Positions 41,995 through 52,278 of a stretch of DNA of 64,000 nt are shown piece by piece. Position 1 is the stretch's first letter. Each line of letters opens with the position of its first letter. The notes beneath the pieces were generated by a model. That model did no database searches. It saw only the letters and a program-made list of their open reading frames with translations, and had not been told where the DNA came from. Source of the DNA: Candidatus Poribacteria bacterium (GTDB lineage Bacteria > Poribacteria > WGA-4E > PCPOR2b). Location of the stretch: the NCBI GenBank assembly GCA_965218095.1, contig OZ244587.1:3552001-3616000 (forward strand), written 5' to 3'. Position numbers and translations under genes: made by a program.

Positions 41995-43416
41995 ATGAAA
42001 AACGCCTATGTCTTCAATCTTTTCATACTAGCCGCTCTGTTTTTTTCGCTTTTCACCTGTGGTAATACTCAACTCAATTCCGTCAATTCCATCAACGGTT
42101 CCATCTCCCCGCCCCCCGAGCTCCAGTTGTTGGAATCTATTGAAAATGTATTCGTTAGCATTGCTGAAAGAACCACCCCTGCCGTTGTGAGCATCACCGC
42201 GCTAAACGTGAAAAGGAAAGGAACTCACTCCTGGATCCCCGAACGGAATTTTAACCGGCAGGAGGGAACGGGTTTCATTTTCCGAAAAGATGGTTATATT
42301 TTAACGAATGATCATGTTGTAAACGGCGCCCAACAGATCATCGTCCATCTATTCGATGGTCGAGAGTTCAGGGAGGTTCAATTGGTCGGAAATGACCTGA
42401 GCACAGACATCGCGGTGTTGAAGATCAATACAACAGAGGAACTTCCCCATCTCCCCTTTGCTGATTCAGACCAGGTTAAGGTCGGACAGTTTGCCATTGC
42501 AATCGGCAACCCATTTCAACTCAATTCCACGGTGACAACGGGAATTGTTAGTGGAAAGGGACGTTCCCCGTTGGCGGAGTTTGACTTTATTCGCTATCAA
42601 GATTTTATCCAAACCGACGCATGGATCAACAAGGGAAACAGCGGAGGTCCCTTGCTCAATATCCGCGGTGAAGTCATCGGTATCAACTCAATGATTCGGC
42701 GTCCGGACAACGCCCCAGCGAAGGAAGCTGTCAAAGCTGGCGCTGGATTTGCTATCCCTACCAATCTGGTGAGGAAGATTAGTGACCAACTGATTGCGAA
42801 TGGTCAGGTCATACGCGGATGGTTAGGCATCAACATGAGAACACATGCTGAAGGTATTCGCGTGATTCGATTCGTTGATCCTTCACCTGCAAAACAAGGC
42901 GGGATGCAGGTAGATGACATCATTACAGAATACAATGGGCAAAAAGTACGAGATCGGCGTGAATTCAGATTCCTTATCGCCGAGTCGCGGGTCGGCGATA
43001 AGGTCGAGTTTACCGTCAACCGTCGCGGGGAGCGCAAAAAGCTTACAGTAACACTTGGTAAAATGCCCCGACGTTGGACGGGAATGCGAATTGAACTAGA
43101 TTCCGAGTCCTGGACAAAGCTAGGTATTACCATCCGTGAGCTAGGGGAGCACGATTTTGAACGCTATACTTACCTGGGTTCCGAAGATCAGGGGGTCATC
43201 GTTGATGATGTACGGCTTGGCGCGCCAGCTCCCACAGAGGGCGTGGCGAGTGGGTCGCTGATTCTGGCAATCAACGGCCAGCGCATCAAGGACATGATCG
43301 ATTATGAAAAGGTGTTGAAAGCGGCGCTTGGTGAATCAGAAATTACCTTTGAGATCAAGAATTCTTATACCGAAGACGGCACGGAAACCGTTATCGTTAA
43401 GCTGGAAGGGAAGTAA
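41995..43416 (+). CDS. HtrA/DegP-like serine protease with two PDZ domains
   Basis: ILTNDHVV, DIAVLKI, AIGNPF, QTDAWINKGNSGGPL, RGWLG. Confidence 0.93.
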   Translation: MKNAYVFNLFILAALFFSLFTCGNTQLNSVNSINGSISPPPELQLLESIENVFVSIAERTTPAVVSITALNVKRKGTHSWIPERNFNRQEGTGFIFRKDGYILTNDHVVNGAQQIIVHLFDGREFREVQLVGNDLSTDIAVLKINTTEELPHLPFADSDQVKVGQFAIAIGNPFQLNSTVTTGIVSGKGRSPLAEFDFIRYQDFIQTDAWINKGNSGGPLLNIRGEVIGINSMIRRPDNAPAKEAVKAGAGFAIPTNLVRKISDQLIANGQVIRGWLGINMRTHAEGIRVIRFVDPSPAKQGGMQVDDIITEYNGQKVRDRREFRFLIAESRVGDKVEFTVNRRGERKKLTVTLGKMPRRWTGMRIELDSESWTKLGITIRELGEHDFERYTYLGSEDQGVIVDDVRLGAPAPTEGVASGSLILAINGQRIKDMIDYEKVLKAALGESEITFEIKNSYTEDGTETVIVKLEGK

Positions 43417-43477
43417 ATCAGCGAATCGGCGAATGAGAACGTAACAGGTGGCGAGTGAGTTTTTAAGCCGTTCTCAC

Positions 43478-43527
43478 TCATCACGCGTTACTTCTCACCC
43501 ATTACGTTTTACACATCACGCATCACC
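43478..43527. repeat. Degenerate 7-bp tandem repeats (TCACGCA/TTACG family)
   Basis: Related arrays at ~45535-45582, 52248-52275, 55408-55468 and 63580-63598, typically just after gene ends. Confidence 0.55.
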
Positions 43528-43557
43528 CAATAACTCCAGCTTAAATGGGAGAACGCG

Positions 43558-45537
43558 ATGAACAAACATTTATCGAATCTACAGAACGTACTTGGCCCCG
43601 ACGGATTGATTGCGAAGCATCTCAACGGTTATGAGTTTCGCCCTCAACAACTTAAAATGGCTGAAGCGGTTGCCAGCGCCCTGTGGTCAAACGAGCACCT
43701 AGTTGTTGAAGCTGGCACAGGCGTGGGCAAGACTTTCGCCTACCTTCTACCCGCAATCGATCTCGCCCTTGATACCCAGGAACCGGTTGTGATTTCGACC
43801 AATACGATCAATCTGCAAGAACAATTGATTCACAAGGATATTCCTTTTTTCCAGGAAATCCTCCCAAAGTCTTTCACCGCGGCTCTCGCCAAAGGACGCG
43901 GGAACTATCTTTCACGCCGCCGGCTTAACAGCTTGTTGACTTATGAGCGTGGGCTGTTTGAAACAAAGGCGGAGGTGGAAGAACTCGCTCGCGTTGCGGA
44001 GTGGGTTAACATGACTCAAGACGGCAGTAAGGCAGACCTCGAACAGCAGCCGATGCCTGAAATTTGGAGTAAGGTTGCTTCAGATACGGATAATTGTTTG
44101 CGGCACAAATGCCCAACGTATAATACATGCTTTTACTTCAAAGCGCGTGCTCAGGTGAATGAGGCAGACCTAATCGTGGTGAACCATCATCTGCTTCTTA
44201 TGGATTGGGTGCTTCGGAGAAACAATCCATACGCTGCCATATTGCCGGAATATAAATACCTAATCCTTGATGAAGCCCAGCACCTCGAAGCAGCCGCTAC
44301 AGAACACACAAGTATTGAATTCAGCAACGCACGGGTCAAGTGGTTTTTAGATTCCCTCTGTAACCCGCAGGGAAAGGGAGGGCTCTTTATCCGCTTTCGA
44401 GCAGAACCTTCGATTCGGCTGGTTGAAGAAGCTCGCCATCAGGCGAATTTACTTTTTACGTCGATCACGAGTTGGTTAGAGAAGGTAGGCGCAAAGGATT
44501 GGGGACGTGGTATCACACAAAGCGTCGATCGGGACAATTTTGTGCGTAATGTGTTGGATGCCCCTTTAGGTGAACTTCAGAGTTGGTTAAAACGCATGAA
44601 AGATGCTGCAACAACCGATGATGATCGGCAGGAAATCAATGCACATCTGCGCCGCTGCCGTGAGCTCCGTAACGATCTGGATATGATGCTCCGGCACACC
44701 AGACCGGATTACGTCTACTGGATTGGAACTTCAACACGCGGACGATTAACTCGCATCGTATTGAATGCGACCCCTATCAACGTGAGTCAAGAGTTGGGGG
44801 TGCACCTGTTTGAAAAAGCGGACAGCGTGATCATGACCAGCGCGACGTTGGCAACAAACCAGGATTTCAACTATTTTAAGCGGCAGGTTGGTTTATCGGG
44901 TTGCCATGAATTGATCGCTGGATCGCCTTTTAACTATCCTGAGCAGGTCGAAATTCATATCCCCTCTCGAATGCCGGATCCGCGGGATAACGCCTTCACC
45001 CAATCCGTCATCACCCAGATCAAAAACTATCTCAAGATGACACACGGCAAAGCCTTCGTCCTGTTTACAAGCTACCGGATGATGAACGAGGTTTATGAGG
45101 AAGTTCAGCCTTACCTTGAGCGGATTGGAATCACCGCGTTCAAGCAAGGGGAGGGGCTGTCGCGCAGTGCCATGTTGAGCGCGTTCAGGCAGGACACGAA
45201 CTCGGTTCTGTTTGGAACTTCCAGCTTTTGGGAGGGGGTTGATGTGCGGGGTGAATCACTCAGCAACGTGATTATTACAAGGTTGCCTTTTGAAGTGCCA
45301 ACGCACCCGGTTGTAGAGGCGAGGATGAAGCAAATCGAAGATCGGGGTGGGAATCCGTTCATGGAGTTTAGCTTGCCAGAGGCGGTTCTCCGGTTCAAGC
45401 AAGGATTTGGACGCTTAATCCGCACGCAAACCGACAAGGGGGTTGTTGTGATCCTCGATGGGCGCGTTAAGACCAAGTTCTATGGCAAGCAATTTTTGAA
45501 TTCACTACCGCAGTGCAAAATCGTAGATGGTGCGTGA
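43558..45537 (+). CDS. dinG: DinG/YoaA family Fe-S DNA helicase
   Basis: RPQQ, EAGTGVGKT, KGRGNYL, C-x4-C-x5-C, VVNHHLL, LDEAQH, TSATL, LFTSY, FWEGVDV, KQGFGRLIR. Confidence 0.92.
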   Translation: MNKHLSNLQNVLGPDGLIAKHLNGYEFRPQQLKMAEAVASALWSNEHLVVEAGTGVGKTFAYLLPAIDLALDTQEPVVISTNTINLQEQLIHKDIPFFQEILPKSFTAALAKGRGNYLSRRRLNSLLTYERGLFETKAEVEELARVAEWVNMTQDGSKADLEQQPMPEIWSKVASDTDNCLRHKCPTYNTCFYFKARAQVNEADLIVVNHHLLLMDWVLRRNNPYAAILPEYKYLILDEAQHLEAAATEHTSIEFSNARVKWFLDSLCNPQGKGGLFIRFRAEPSIRLVEEARHQANLLFTSITSWLEKVGAKDWGRGITQSVDRDNFVRNVLDAPLGELQSWLKRMKDAATTDDDRQEINAHLRRCRELRNDLDMMLRHTRPDYVYWIGTSTRGRLTRIVLNATPINVSQELGVHLFEKADSVIMTSATLATNQDFNYFKRQVGLSGCHELIAGSPFNYPEQVEIHIPSRMPDPRDNAFTQSVITQIKNYLKMTHGKAFVLFTSYRMMNEVYEEVQPYLERIGITAFKQGEGLSRSAMLSAFRQDTNSVLFGTSSFWEGVDVRGESLSNVIITRLPFEVPTHPVVEARMKQIEDRGGNPFMEFSLPEAVLRFKQGFGRLIRTQTDKGVVVILDGRVKTKFYGKQFLNSLPQCKIVDGA

Positions 45538-45644
45538 TACGTCATACACAGATCTTTCAGGGGTTACGTATTACGTATCACGCTTTGAGCATTGTTGCTC
45601 TAGTTTCGGCTAGTGGTCGATTTCTTAACTTCGACTCGGGTAGC

Positions 45645-45678
45645 AAGACTTCCGAAGTTTTGGAAACTTCGGAAGTCT
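45645..45678. repeat. Palindrome AGACTTCCGAAGTTTTGGAAACTTCGGAAGTCT (REP-like or bidirectional terminator)
   Basis: Between convergent genes; related copies at ~26553-26586 and ~52172-52206. Confidence 0.6.
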
Positions 45679-45701
45679 GGGCGACTCCCATTCAACTATA
45701 T

Positions 45702-46478
45702 TTAATGTCGTTTCGGTGAAGGTTGCGCATTCCGAATACCGAGCGTGTGCTTGAAAGGAAACTTGAACGTTAATCTTTTGTAACGGGCGGCGGTATTCAG
45801 CGGCGGCGCGAGCTCTACTGGGATGATAACGTCCAATGTTTCGGCGTTGCCCTTCACCCGAGCGAATGGAACAAATCCCTCGCGGCTCTCCCCCGGTAGT
45901 ATTCCTTTTTCCACGTGCCCAATCTGCTTCTCTAGCAAAATTTCCCTTGCTTTTGCGAGTCCGTTTTTGACGTACAATCCTCTGGCACGGGACATGTAAA
46001 GCAGACGATTTTCTAAATCTTTATAATCTTTTGCCCCGTAACGATTATCCCCCTGATCGATAATCTCAGCCGGTGTTTGTGGGGTTCCCTTCACCCTGTA
46101 GATCACCGGTGTATCGGCATTATTCGTGATTTTAACATAAAATACGTCTGTTTTTTCGCCCTGGTGTAGTCCTTCCGTTTCATAGAAAGGAGAATATGCA
46201 TTTCCACGATTATATTTGTAATCGAGATCTGCACGGCGCCAGTAGCAGATCGAAACAGTAACGTCATTCTGGGTCATAGAAAGTATCGGCTGCTTGGCTG
46301 TAACTTTAAACTGCCGGGGGTTACTGTCATCAAGAACCATCTTTTCCGGTAACGTGTCAGGAGGTTGAACCGGTGAGAGGCTTCTGATTGATTTCCCCGT
46401 TGCACAGCCAGCAACCAACAGGATTAGTACAAACAACCCAGCGATGTTTACCCATGAGAATTTCTTTAATGTCTTCAT
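45702..46478 (-). CDS. Hypothetical lipoprotein
   Basis: Lipobox LVAGC after a hydrophobic signal; AGGAGG RBS. Confidence 0.75.
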   Translation of the reverse strand: MKTLKKFSWVNIAGLFVLILLVAGCATGKSIRSLSPVQPPDTLPEKMVLDDSNPRQFKVTAKQPILSMTQNDVTVSICYWRRADLDYKYNRGNAYSPFYETEGLHQGEKTDVFYVKITNNADTPVIYRVKGTPQTPAEIIDQGDNRYGAKDYKDLENRLLYMSRARGLYVKNGLAKAREILLEKQIGHVEKGILPGESREGFVPFARVKGNAETLDVIIPVELAPPLNTAARYKRLTFKFPFKHTLGIRNAQPSPKRH

Positions 46479-47042
46479 GATAAATTCTGCCTCCTTGTTT
46501 TCCCACCACCGAGGATAGGAATTCTTAGTATTATTATGTAACTTGACAATGTTAAGTAATTTTCAAAAACAACCTATTATCTTCTGCCATCTTGACGGAG
46601 GCTAAACGACCGAAAAATCTCTGACCGTGGGTCGTTGATGAGATTCTTCGCAAAGCCTCAGAATGACAAGTTTAATCCTGAAAATTACTTAAATATGAAC
46701 CGGATTCCGTCGCGCCCAATGGTTCAGGAACAGAAGGGATCGAAAGAACCAGAAGAATCTAACATTGCCGAGGTCACGTCATTAGTTTTCTTAGTATAGC
46801 ACACCTCCATTTTTAATTCAAACACAAAATTAACCCGGCAGCCGGATGAACTTTGTGGTGGGTAAAACTTGTTTTGCGAAAATGCCTTGCGAAACACGTT
46901 CTGCACACTAAAAATGGACTGCATCTTTACCGTCTACAACCCTTACAACCATTACATCAAAGCCTTATAGGAAAACCAATCTTTCAAAGATTCCTCTCGT
47001 ACATTGCGGCGTGAGTTGTTGACCTTTGTTTGCTGTTGTGTA

Positions 47043-47867
47043 CTAGGTTAGCTTTTGCATTGTCTTCTCATAACGCTTCTCCATCTCCGGCCCCTGATAT
47101 TGCAAGTATTCCTGCTCGGCGTGACGTGCTGCCTTTTGCGAGGGAGGTTCGGGGATGTCAATGACGGCGGTGGTGATCTGGTCGTTGCCCCACTTGTAAG
47201 CGACGATTTCTCCCTTGCTGATGATGAGGTTCATACCGACATTTGCCTCGACAATCGCCACACCATTTTCCCGGGCCCGCGCAAGTACGGCCCCGTTCTG
47301 GCCCTTGCGCTTAGAACCGTAGGATGGAATGAGAATTAAGCGTGCCCCATCCAGCACAAGCGTGCGAGTAATCAACGGATTCCAGCGATCGTTGCAGATG
47401 ACAGCGCCGGTACGACCCACTGGGGTATCAAAAGCGCGTAACGTTTCGCCAATGCGGTTAAAGTTCCAGGATGGATGGGCACCTTCAGCGAGTTGGGTCT
47501 TGTGATATTTGCCACAGATCTCGCCGTTGTGGTCGATAAACACAGCACAGTTGTAAGTCTCGTCCGCGATACGCTCGGCAAAGCCAAAACAGAGACAAGT
47601 CCCCAGTGTCCTGGCAAGGTGCTGGAAGCGTCGGATGTAGAGGCCATCAATCGGTTCGGCGATTTCGAGCATATCCTCTGCCGTTGCCCGATTTTCGATG
47701 ACATCCATGACAACGTAGCCTTCCAGCACGCCTTCCGTGGTTAGAATGACCTGCGGCCGCTCTTTGGCAGCCGCAACAAAGAATGCCTCCATCTTGTCGG
47801 CATTTGCGGCTTTATCCCACTTCGTCGGTTTGAGCGAAACGGCTGCGACCTTGACTGAGTTGTACAT
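47043..47867 (-). CDS. Carbon-nitrogen hydrolase (nitrilase superfamily)
   Basis: E-K-C triad motifs TTEG, KYHKT, VICNDR. Confidence 0.9.
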   Translation of the reverse strand: MYNSVKVAAVSLKPTKWDKAANADKMEAFFVAAAKERPQVILTTEGVLEGYVVMDVIENRATAEDMLEIAEPIDGLYIRRFQHLARTLGTCLCFGFAERIADETYNCAVFIDHNGEICGKYHKTQLAEGAHPSWNFNRIGETLRAFDTPVGRTGAVICNDRWNPLITRTLVLDGARLILIPSYGSKRKGQNGAVLARARENGVAIVEANVGMNLIISKGEIVAYKWGNDQITTAVIDIPEPPSQKAARHAEQEYLQYQGPEMEKRYEKTMQKLT

Positions 47868-47963
47868 GATTCACCTCATTTCCAAAAAATACACCCTTCG
47901 ATTGGATTCAGGTTAAGCGGATTGTTTCCCGATTGACAATTTCCTTGCTTTCCGTATGATTGT

Positions 47964-48914
47964 CTACTGAAAGGGCCATGTGCCCGGGTTGAGTTGGTCC
48001 GGACTTACCCCAATCTCCCGAATGCAACTCAGGAGGGTTGGGGGAAGCGTCTCTCGCTTTGCAAACGACAGGACTTCTTCCAATTCATGCAGCCGACCGG
48101 TTCCCACCAGTGCTGTAGAAACAGCAGGGTGGGCGAGCACGAAGCGGTAAGCCAATTCCGGCAACCTGTTGCCTTCTGAACTCAGCAGCGTGTTCAATTG
48201 TTGGACAGCCTCCCTCAGTTCACGGAGCTCTTCGGGAAGATGTGCATAACGATAGGTCAACGCACCTTTCAGCAGAACGGATCGGATAACAACCCCCACA
48301 TCTTTTTCTCGCGCAAGCGGTAGTACGCGTGCTTCAAACTGGCGGTCTAACAGATTGCAGGCGATTTGCAGGAAGTCGAAGCGGTCATCTTCCAACGCAG
48401 CTAGTGGCGCCGCTCTGCCATAGGTTGTCGCGCCAATAAAACGGGCTTGACCGGATCGTTGCGCGTCTTGCATGATTTCCATTACCTCGCCCTGCCGAAT
48501 GAGCTCAGGAGAGGCGTTGTGGATGTAGAGGAGGTCAATGACCTCTGTCTGTAGCGCCTGCAGGCTTTCGGTAATCGACGCTTCGACCTGCTGCCGGAGT
48601 TCCTCACCGGTATACCCATCCCAACTTAAATGAGGAACTTTCGTCGCAAGGATGTATTCGTCCCGACGTGATTTCAGCACCCGCCCAATAACGGCTTCAC
48701 TCTCTCCATAAGCCCGCGCTGTATCGATCAGATTAACGCCCCGATCGAGCGCGCCGTGAAGCACATAGGCAGCTTCTGCCTCGGACGGACGCCGTTTCTC
48801 CCCTTTCACAGGAATACCATAGTCAATTCCAATCTCTACCGTGCCAAGCGAAACCTCCGACACTTGCAGATTGGTCCGGCCCAGACGCCGATAGTTCATG
48901 GAGTCAGTTGTCAT
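47964..48914 (-). CDS. Aldo/keto reductase
   Basis: YRRLGRTNLQVSEVSLG, IDTARAYGESE, ILATKV, IDLLYIH; start approximate. Confidence 0.9.
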   Translation of the reverse strand: MTTDSMNYRRLGRTNLQVSEVSLGTVEIGIDYGIPVKGEKRRPSEAEAAYVLHGALDRGVNLIDTARAYGESEAVIGRVLKSRRDEYILATKVPHLSWDGYTGEELRQQVEASITESLQALQTEVIDLLYIHNASPELIRQGEVMEIMQDAQRSGQARFIGATTYGRAAPLAALEDDRFDFLQIACNLLDRQFEARVLPLAREKDVGVVIRSVLLKGALTYRYAHLPEELRELREAVQQLNTLLSSEGNRLPELAYRFVLAHPAVSTALVGTGRLHELEEVLSFAKRETLPPTLLSCIREIGVSPDQLNPGTWPFQ

Positions 48915-50137
48915 TTCTCGATGCCTTCCCCCGCGAACAAAGTTGGGGCAATCAGCCAAACTGAAGCCCCGATTGTTGCTGCCGCCGGGGCGCGAGTCAG
49001 CGTTTTCTGCTTCTCCTTCCTACCGCACCTGCTCCTAGAGTTCCTTTTTGTCGCCATCTGTTGGCTTGAGCAGCATTTCCTGATTTCCGGCTTGCCCTTG
49101 AATGTAGTATCCATACTCTGCATACGAACCATCGTCCCACATCAGATTTGTCGTTGCCCACGCTCCATCGTCCCCGCTCTCCAGTACCTGCACCGGTGTC
49201 GCCGCTGCCTGCATCGGAACTGAACACGAGCCGACTCCCCGAACTAGAGATCCCGTCGAGCCGGACTGAACCATGTATCCGCTTGATTTGTGGGATTTCA
49301 ACGAAAATCACTTTATTCCCTCGGATACGCAATTGCTGCAGATGGATATATCGCCACCTTGGGCTTCTGGTCACGATATATCTGCTTCAAGAAATCAAGA
49401 ATTTCATCCCACGATTCCATCAATTTGGCTCTGGGTTGAGCCTCTAAGACTTCCATCGGCCCGACAGCTTGAGAGAAGAGAATAGTGCGCCCATGCGTAT
49501 CAAGATGCGATGTCGGCTAGATTCCGACTCGGTGAACTTACCGCCGCATACCTAACTCTAACTGCGCTGCTGGAAACGGCAGGGTTGGAAGCAAGAGGAA
49601 AGGGCAAATGACTCAAAGGGAATGTAGACCCTTCAGGCTGTCATGTCAGGTAAGAGCAATATGACGAAAGCGAAAGTTGAACTGATAGTTGAAGCCTCGT
49701 AAACTCTGAACAGGTTAATCTACAAGTAGAAGGCTTGAGAGACCTTCCAATAATCAGCCTGTAGCTAATAAAGCGTGAGCCAAGATACTCTATTCTGCTA
49801 TTAGAGTATTGAAGGGCAATATATTTATTCTTTATATTGTCTTGTAAGTCGGAAGGCTTCGGGGTAAAGTCAGCGTCTAAGTTGCTCATGAAACGCACCT
49901 TGAGAGAGTGTGGGAGTCCCTAAACCGTCTGAAATGAGAGGTTTTCAGACGGCAAGGGAGAGGAGACTGTATAAGGTCTCAAATAGAGGGTGCATATCCT
50001 TCTTTTAATCTGGCAGACCGAATAACCCCATTATTCAACTTGCCACAAGAAAGGAGGTGCAAATTCCATCTCACCGAAAGGAGGAAGTGCCATGCAATTT
50101 ATTTGCATGTTATCACCCGCAAAGGAGGTGAATGCTA

Positions 50138-50263
50138 ATGATAATCCCCTGGTCTGACTACCAGGAATATCTTGCCTATATCTGCTTTAAGCGCGCTATG
50201 GGTAGAAAGTTCGATACTTTCGAGGAATATCACGCTAAGAGACAGAAAGAGCAGATAAGATAG
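50138..50263 (+). CDS. Putative 41-aa small protein inside the intron
   Basis: AAAGGAGGTG RBS 7 nt upstream; MIIPWSDYQEYLAYICFKRAMGRKFDTFEEYHAKRQKEQIR; followed by a long hairpin. Confidence 0.4.
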   Translation: MIIPWSDYQEYLAYICFKRAMGRKFDTFEEYHAKRQKEQIR

Positions 50264-50573
50264 CCTCTCATCTATATGCCATTTTACACTTGGCTCTATT
50301 TGGAAGTCAAGTGTAAAGTGGCATAGAGACTTAAGCACAGTCAGGTTTATCGCTAAGAAATCGACGTAAAATCCATTAAGGGTGTCTGGCGCAAATCGTG
50401 TTCAATCACGGCGTTCAGCCCCCAACGTTGGACAGCGAAGAAAGTAATAGTGGTTGCAAGTGATTAAAGATTCAGATGCAGTAAATTGGGGTGGCGTACG
50501 GTCAAGGCAACCTAAAGCCGACACACCATAACCTCCGATTGACTGACCATGAATCTATAAGTATTGGTTTTAG

Positions 50574-50777
50574 TCAAGGCTTGGTAAAACTTTTCATAAC
50601 CCAAAGTACCGAACCTGCAAGGATAAAGCCGATAAAAATGCCGAAGGAAACGATAACCAGAAAATCCCTTAATGGTTTTTCTGAATTTCCGGCAACAACA
50701 ATCCCTAAGAAGACAGTAATGAAGGCGAAAGTCACAAATACTGCCCTAAATACTCCTTCCTGAACGGGAGAGTTCAA
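50574..50777 (-). CDS. Putative two-TM small membrane protein inside the intron (antisense to the intron)
   Basis: AAGGA RBS, TTG start, two hydrophobic segments. Confidence 0.45.
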   Translation of the reverse strand: MNSPVQEGVFRAVFVTFAFITVFLGIVVAGNSEKPLRDFLVIVSFGIFIGFILAGSVLWVMKSFTKP

Positions 50778-52278
50778 GAAATCACATCCTTTTTGATCGT
50801 AGTACGATTATCTAGGGGGGAAGGTTTCACTTACAATCACTGATAAACTGGAAAGCCGTGTGCGGTGAAAGTCGCACGCACGGTTTGGAAGGGGGGAAAG
50901 ACTTGCGAAAGTCCTACCTATCCTTACTAATCCCAATCCGTTGATCTGACCAGCGGCTTCCTTTCCTCGTGTTCTCGGTTTTCCTCCTCGCGACGCTGCT
51001 TGGTGTGGATAATCCCGAACCGATGGTAGCACACGCCCTCATCCCCAGAAGAAATCAGGACGCGTGTCGCTTCGGGTTGGGAGTGCCGAAGTGGCCAGGT
51101 GCCGATGGCGCCGTAGCTGAGGTCATGATCACGAGGATAGCCAGTAGAAATGACAATATCCGCATCCGGCATCGGTTCAATCGCATAAGCATCTCTGGCG
51201 ATTTCAGACGCGGCACGATGGGCATCCACAACATCACCAACGGAAAGCTCAGTAATCTGCCGCCTGTCGTTGAGGGTGGTCAGCACGGTCGCATTCAACC
51301 CTAACATTCGGGCGGCCTCTTCGGAGTTGAGCCGGAATTCATTCTCGACATTCCCTACATTCCCGCCACCCTCTAATATACCGTGCGCGGCGCTGATGGT
51401 CGTAAAACTCGCCACGCCGGGGATGATAATCTTCCCACCGCCGCTGAAAGCTGCGGTGCCGTGCGGCCATGCCCCGCCGATACCAATTTTTAACTCACAA
51501 TCTACTACCCATTGGTTGACATGAACTGGAATCCCACGCAAGGTTTTCCCCAGACAGACAAATGAATCATCCAACTCGTTTTGTTTGACGCGAATACGAC
51601 GTACCGTGTCCTCGCCGAGCTTCTTCACGAGATCAGCATGTCGCATCTGTCTGTGGCAGCCGAAGCCCATGAAGATTAAGATGTTCTCTTCGGGGATACC
51701 TCCTTCCTGGAGTTCCTCTAAGATGAAGGAGATGACTTCCGAGGCGGGGATAGGACGGGTTAAGTCGTCGCAAATGATGACGGCGCTTTTTTTCCCCTGC
51801 GCCATCTCCGCGATTCGCGGCGAACCAATTGGCTGTTGAAACGCCTGTCGCATCTGATTTTCGGTCAACACCGGACGGTCTTCAAACGCGATGAGATTGA
51901 GCTCCCAATCATCGGGAAAAGTCAAATTAACTTCTTTGTCGCCATACTAGGCGGCTGTCAAAACTTGAACGGATTGCATTCGTATCTCCTATTTGGAATT
52001 AATAAATCTGTAAACGAAACTTCTCTCCTCCTTATATATTGCCTCTGTTGATGTTCCAACAATTCGCATTGCACCAGATTTGACAGTCAAAGGGATTTTC
52101 CGCTATGGCTTCCAGATCTAAAGGTTACTAAAGGATCTGATCCCCCGATCCTTCGGGATCTCGCTTCGCTAGAGACTTGCGAAGGTTTGAAACCTTCGCA
52201 AGGTTTTAGTAGCAGATTGATCGACAATTGGTATGAGATGCCTTCCCTTCACGCATCACGTCTCACGCTTCACTCCCC

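Larger units (their letters stand above)
49485..50927 (+). mobile_element. Group II intron, ORF-less (no RT/maturase)
   Basis: 5' GTGCG; domain V AAGCCGTGTGCGGTGAAAGTCGCACGCACGGTTT (50853-50886); domain VI hairpin and 3' ...CCTTAC; exact excision restores the host frame. Confidence 0.92.
49313..51979 (-). pseudogene. LarA (lactate racemase)/DUF2088-like gene split by an antisense group II intron and carrying a premature TAG at codon 11
   Basis: ATG 51979 (AGGAG RBS) MQSVQVLTAA*YGDKEV; DDLTRP, GCHR, PHGTAAFSGGGK. Joining 50928 to 49484 gives DWDYILFSQAVGP...KVAIYPSAAIAYPRE* ending at 49313. Confidence 0.85.
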
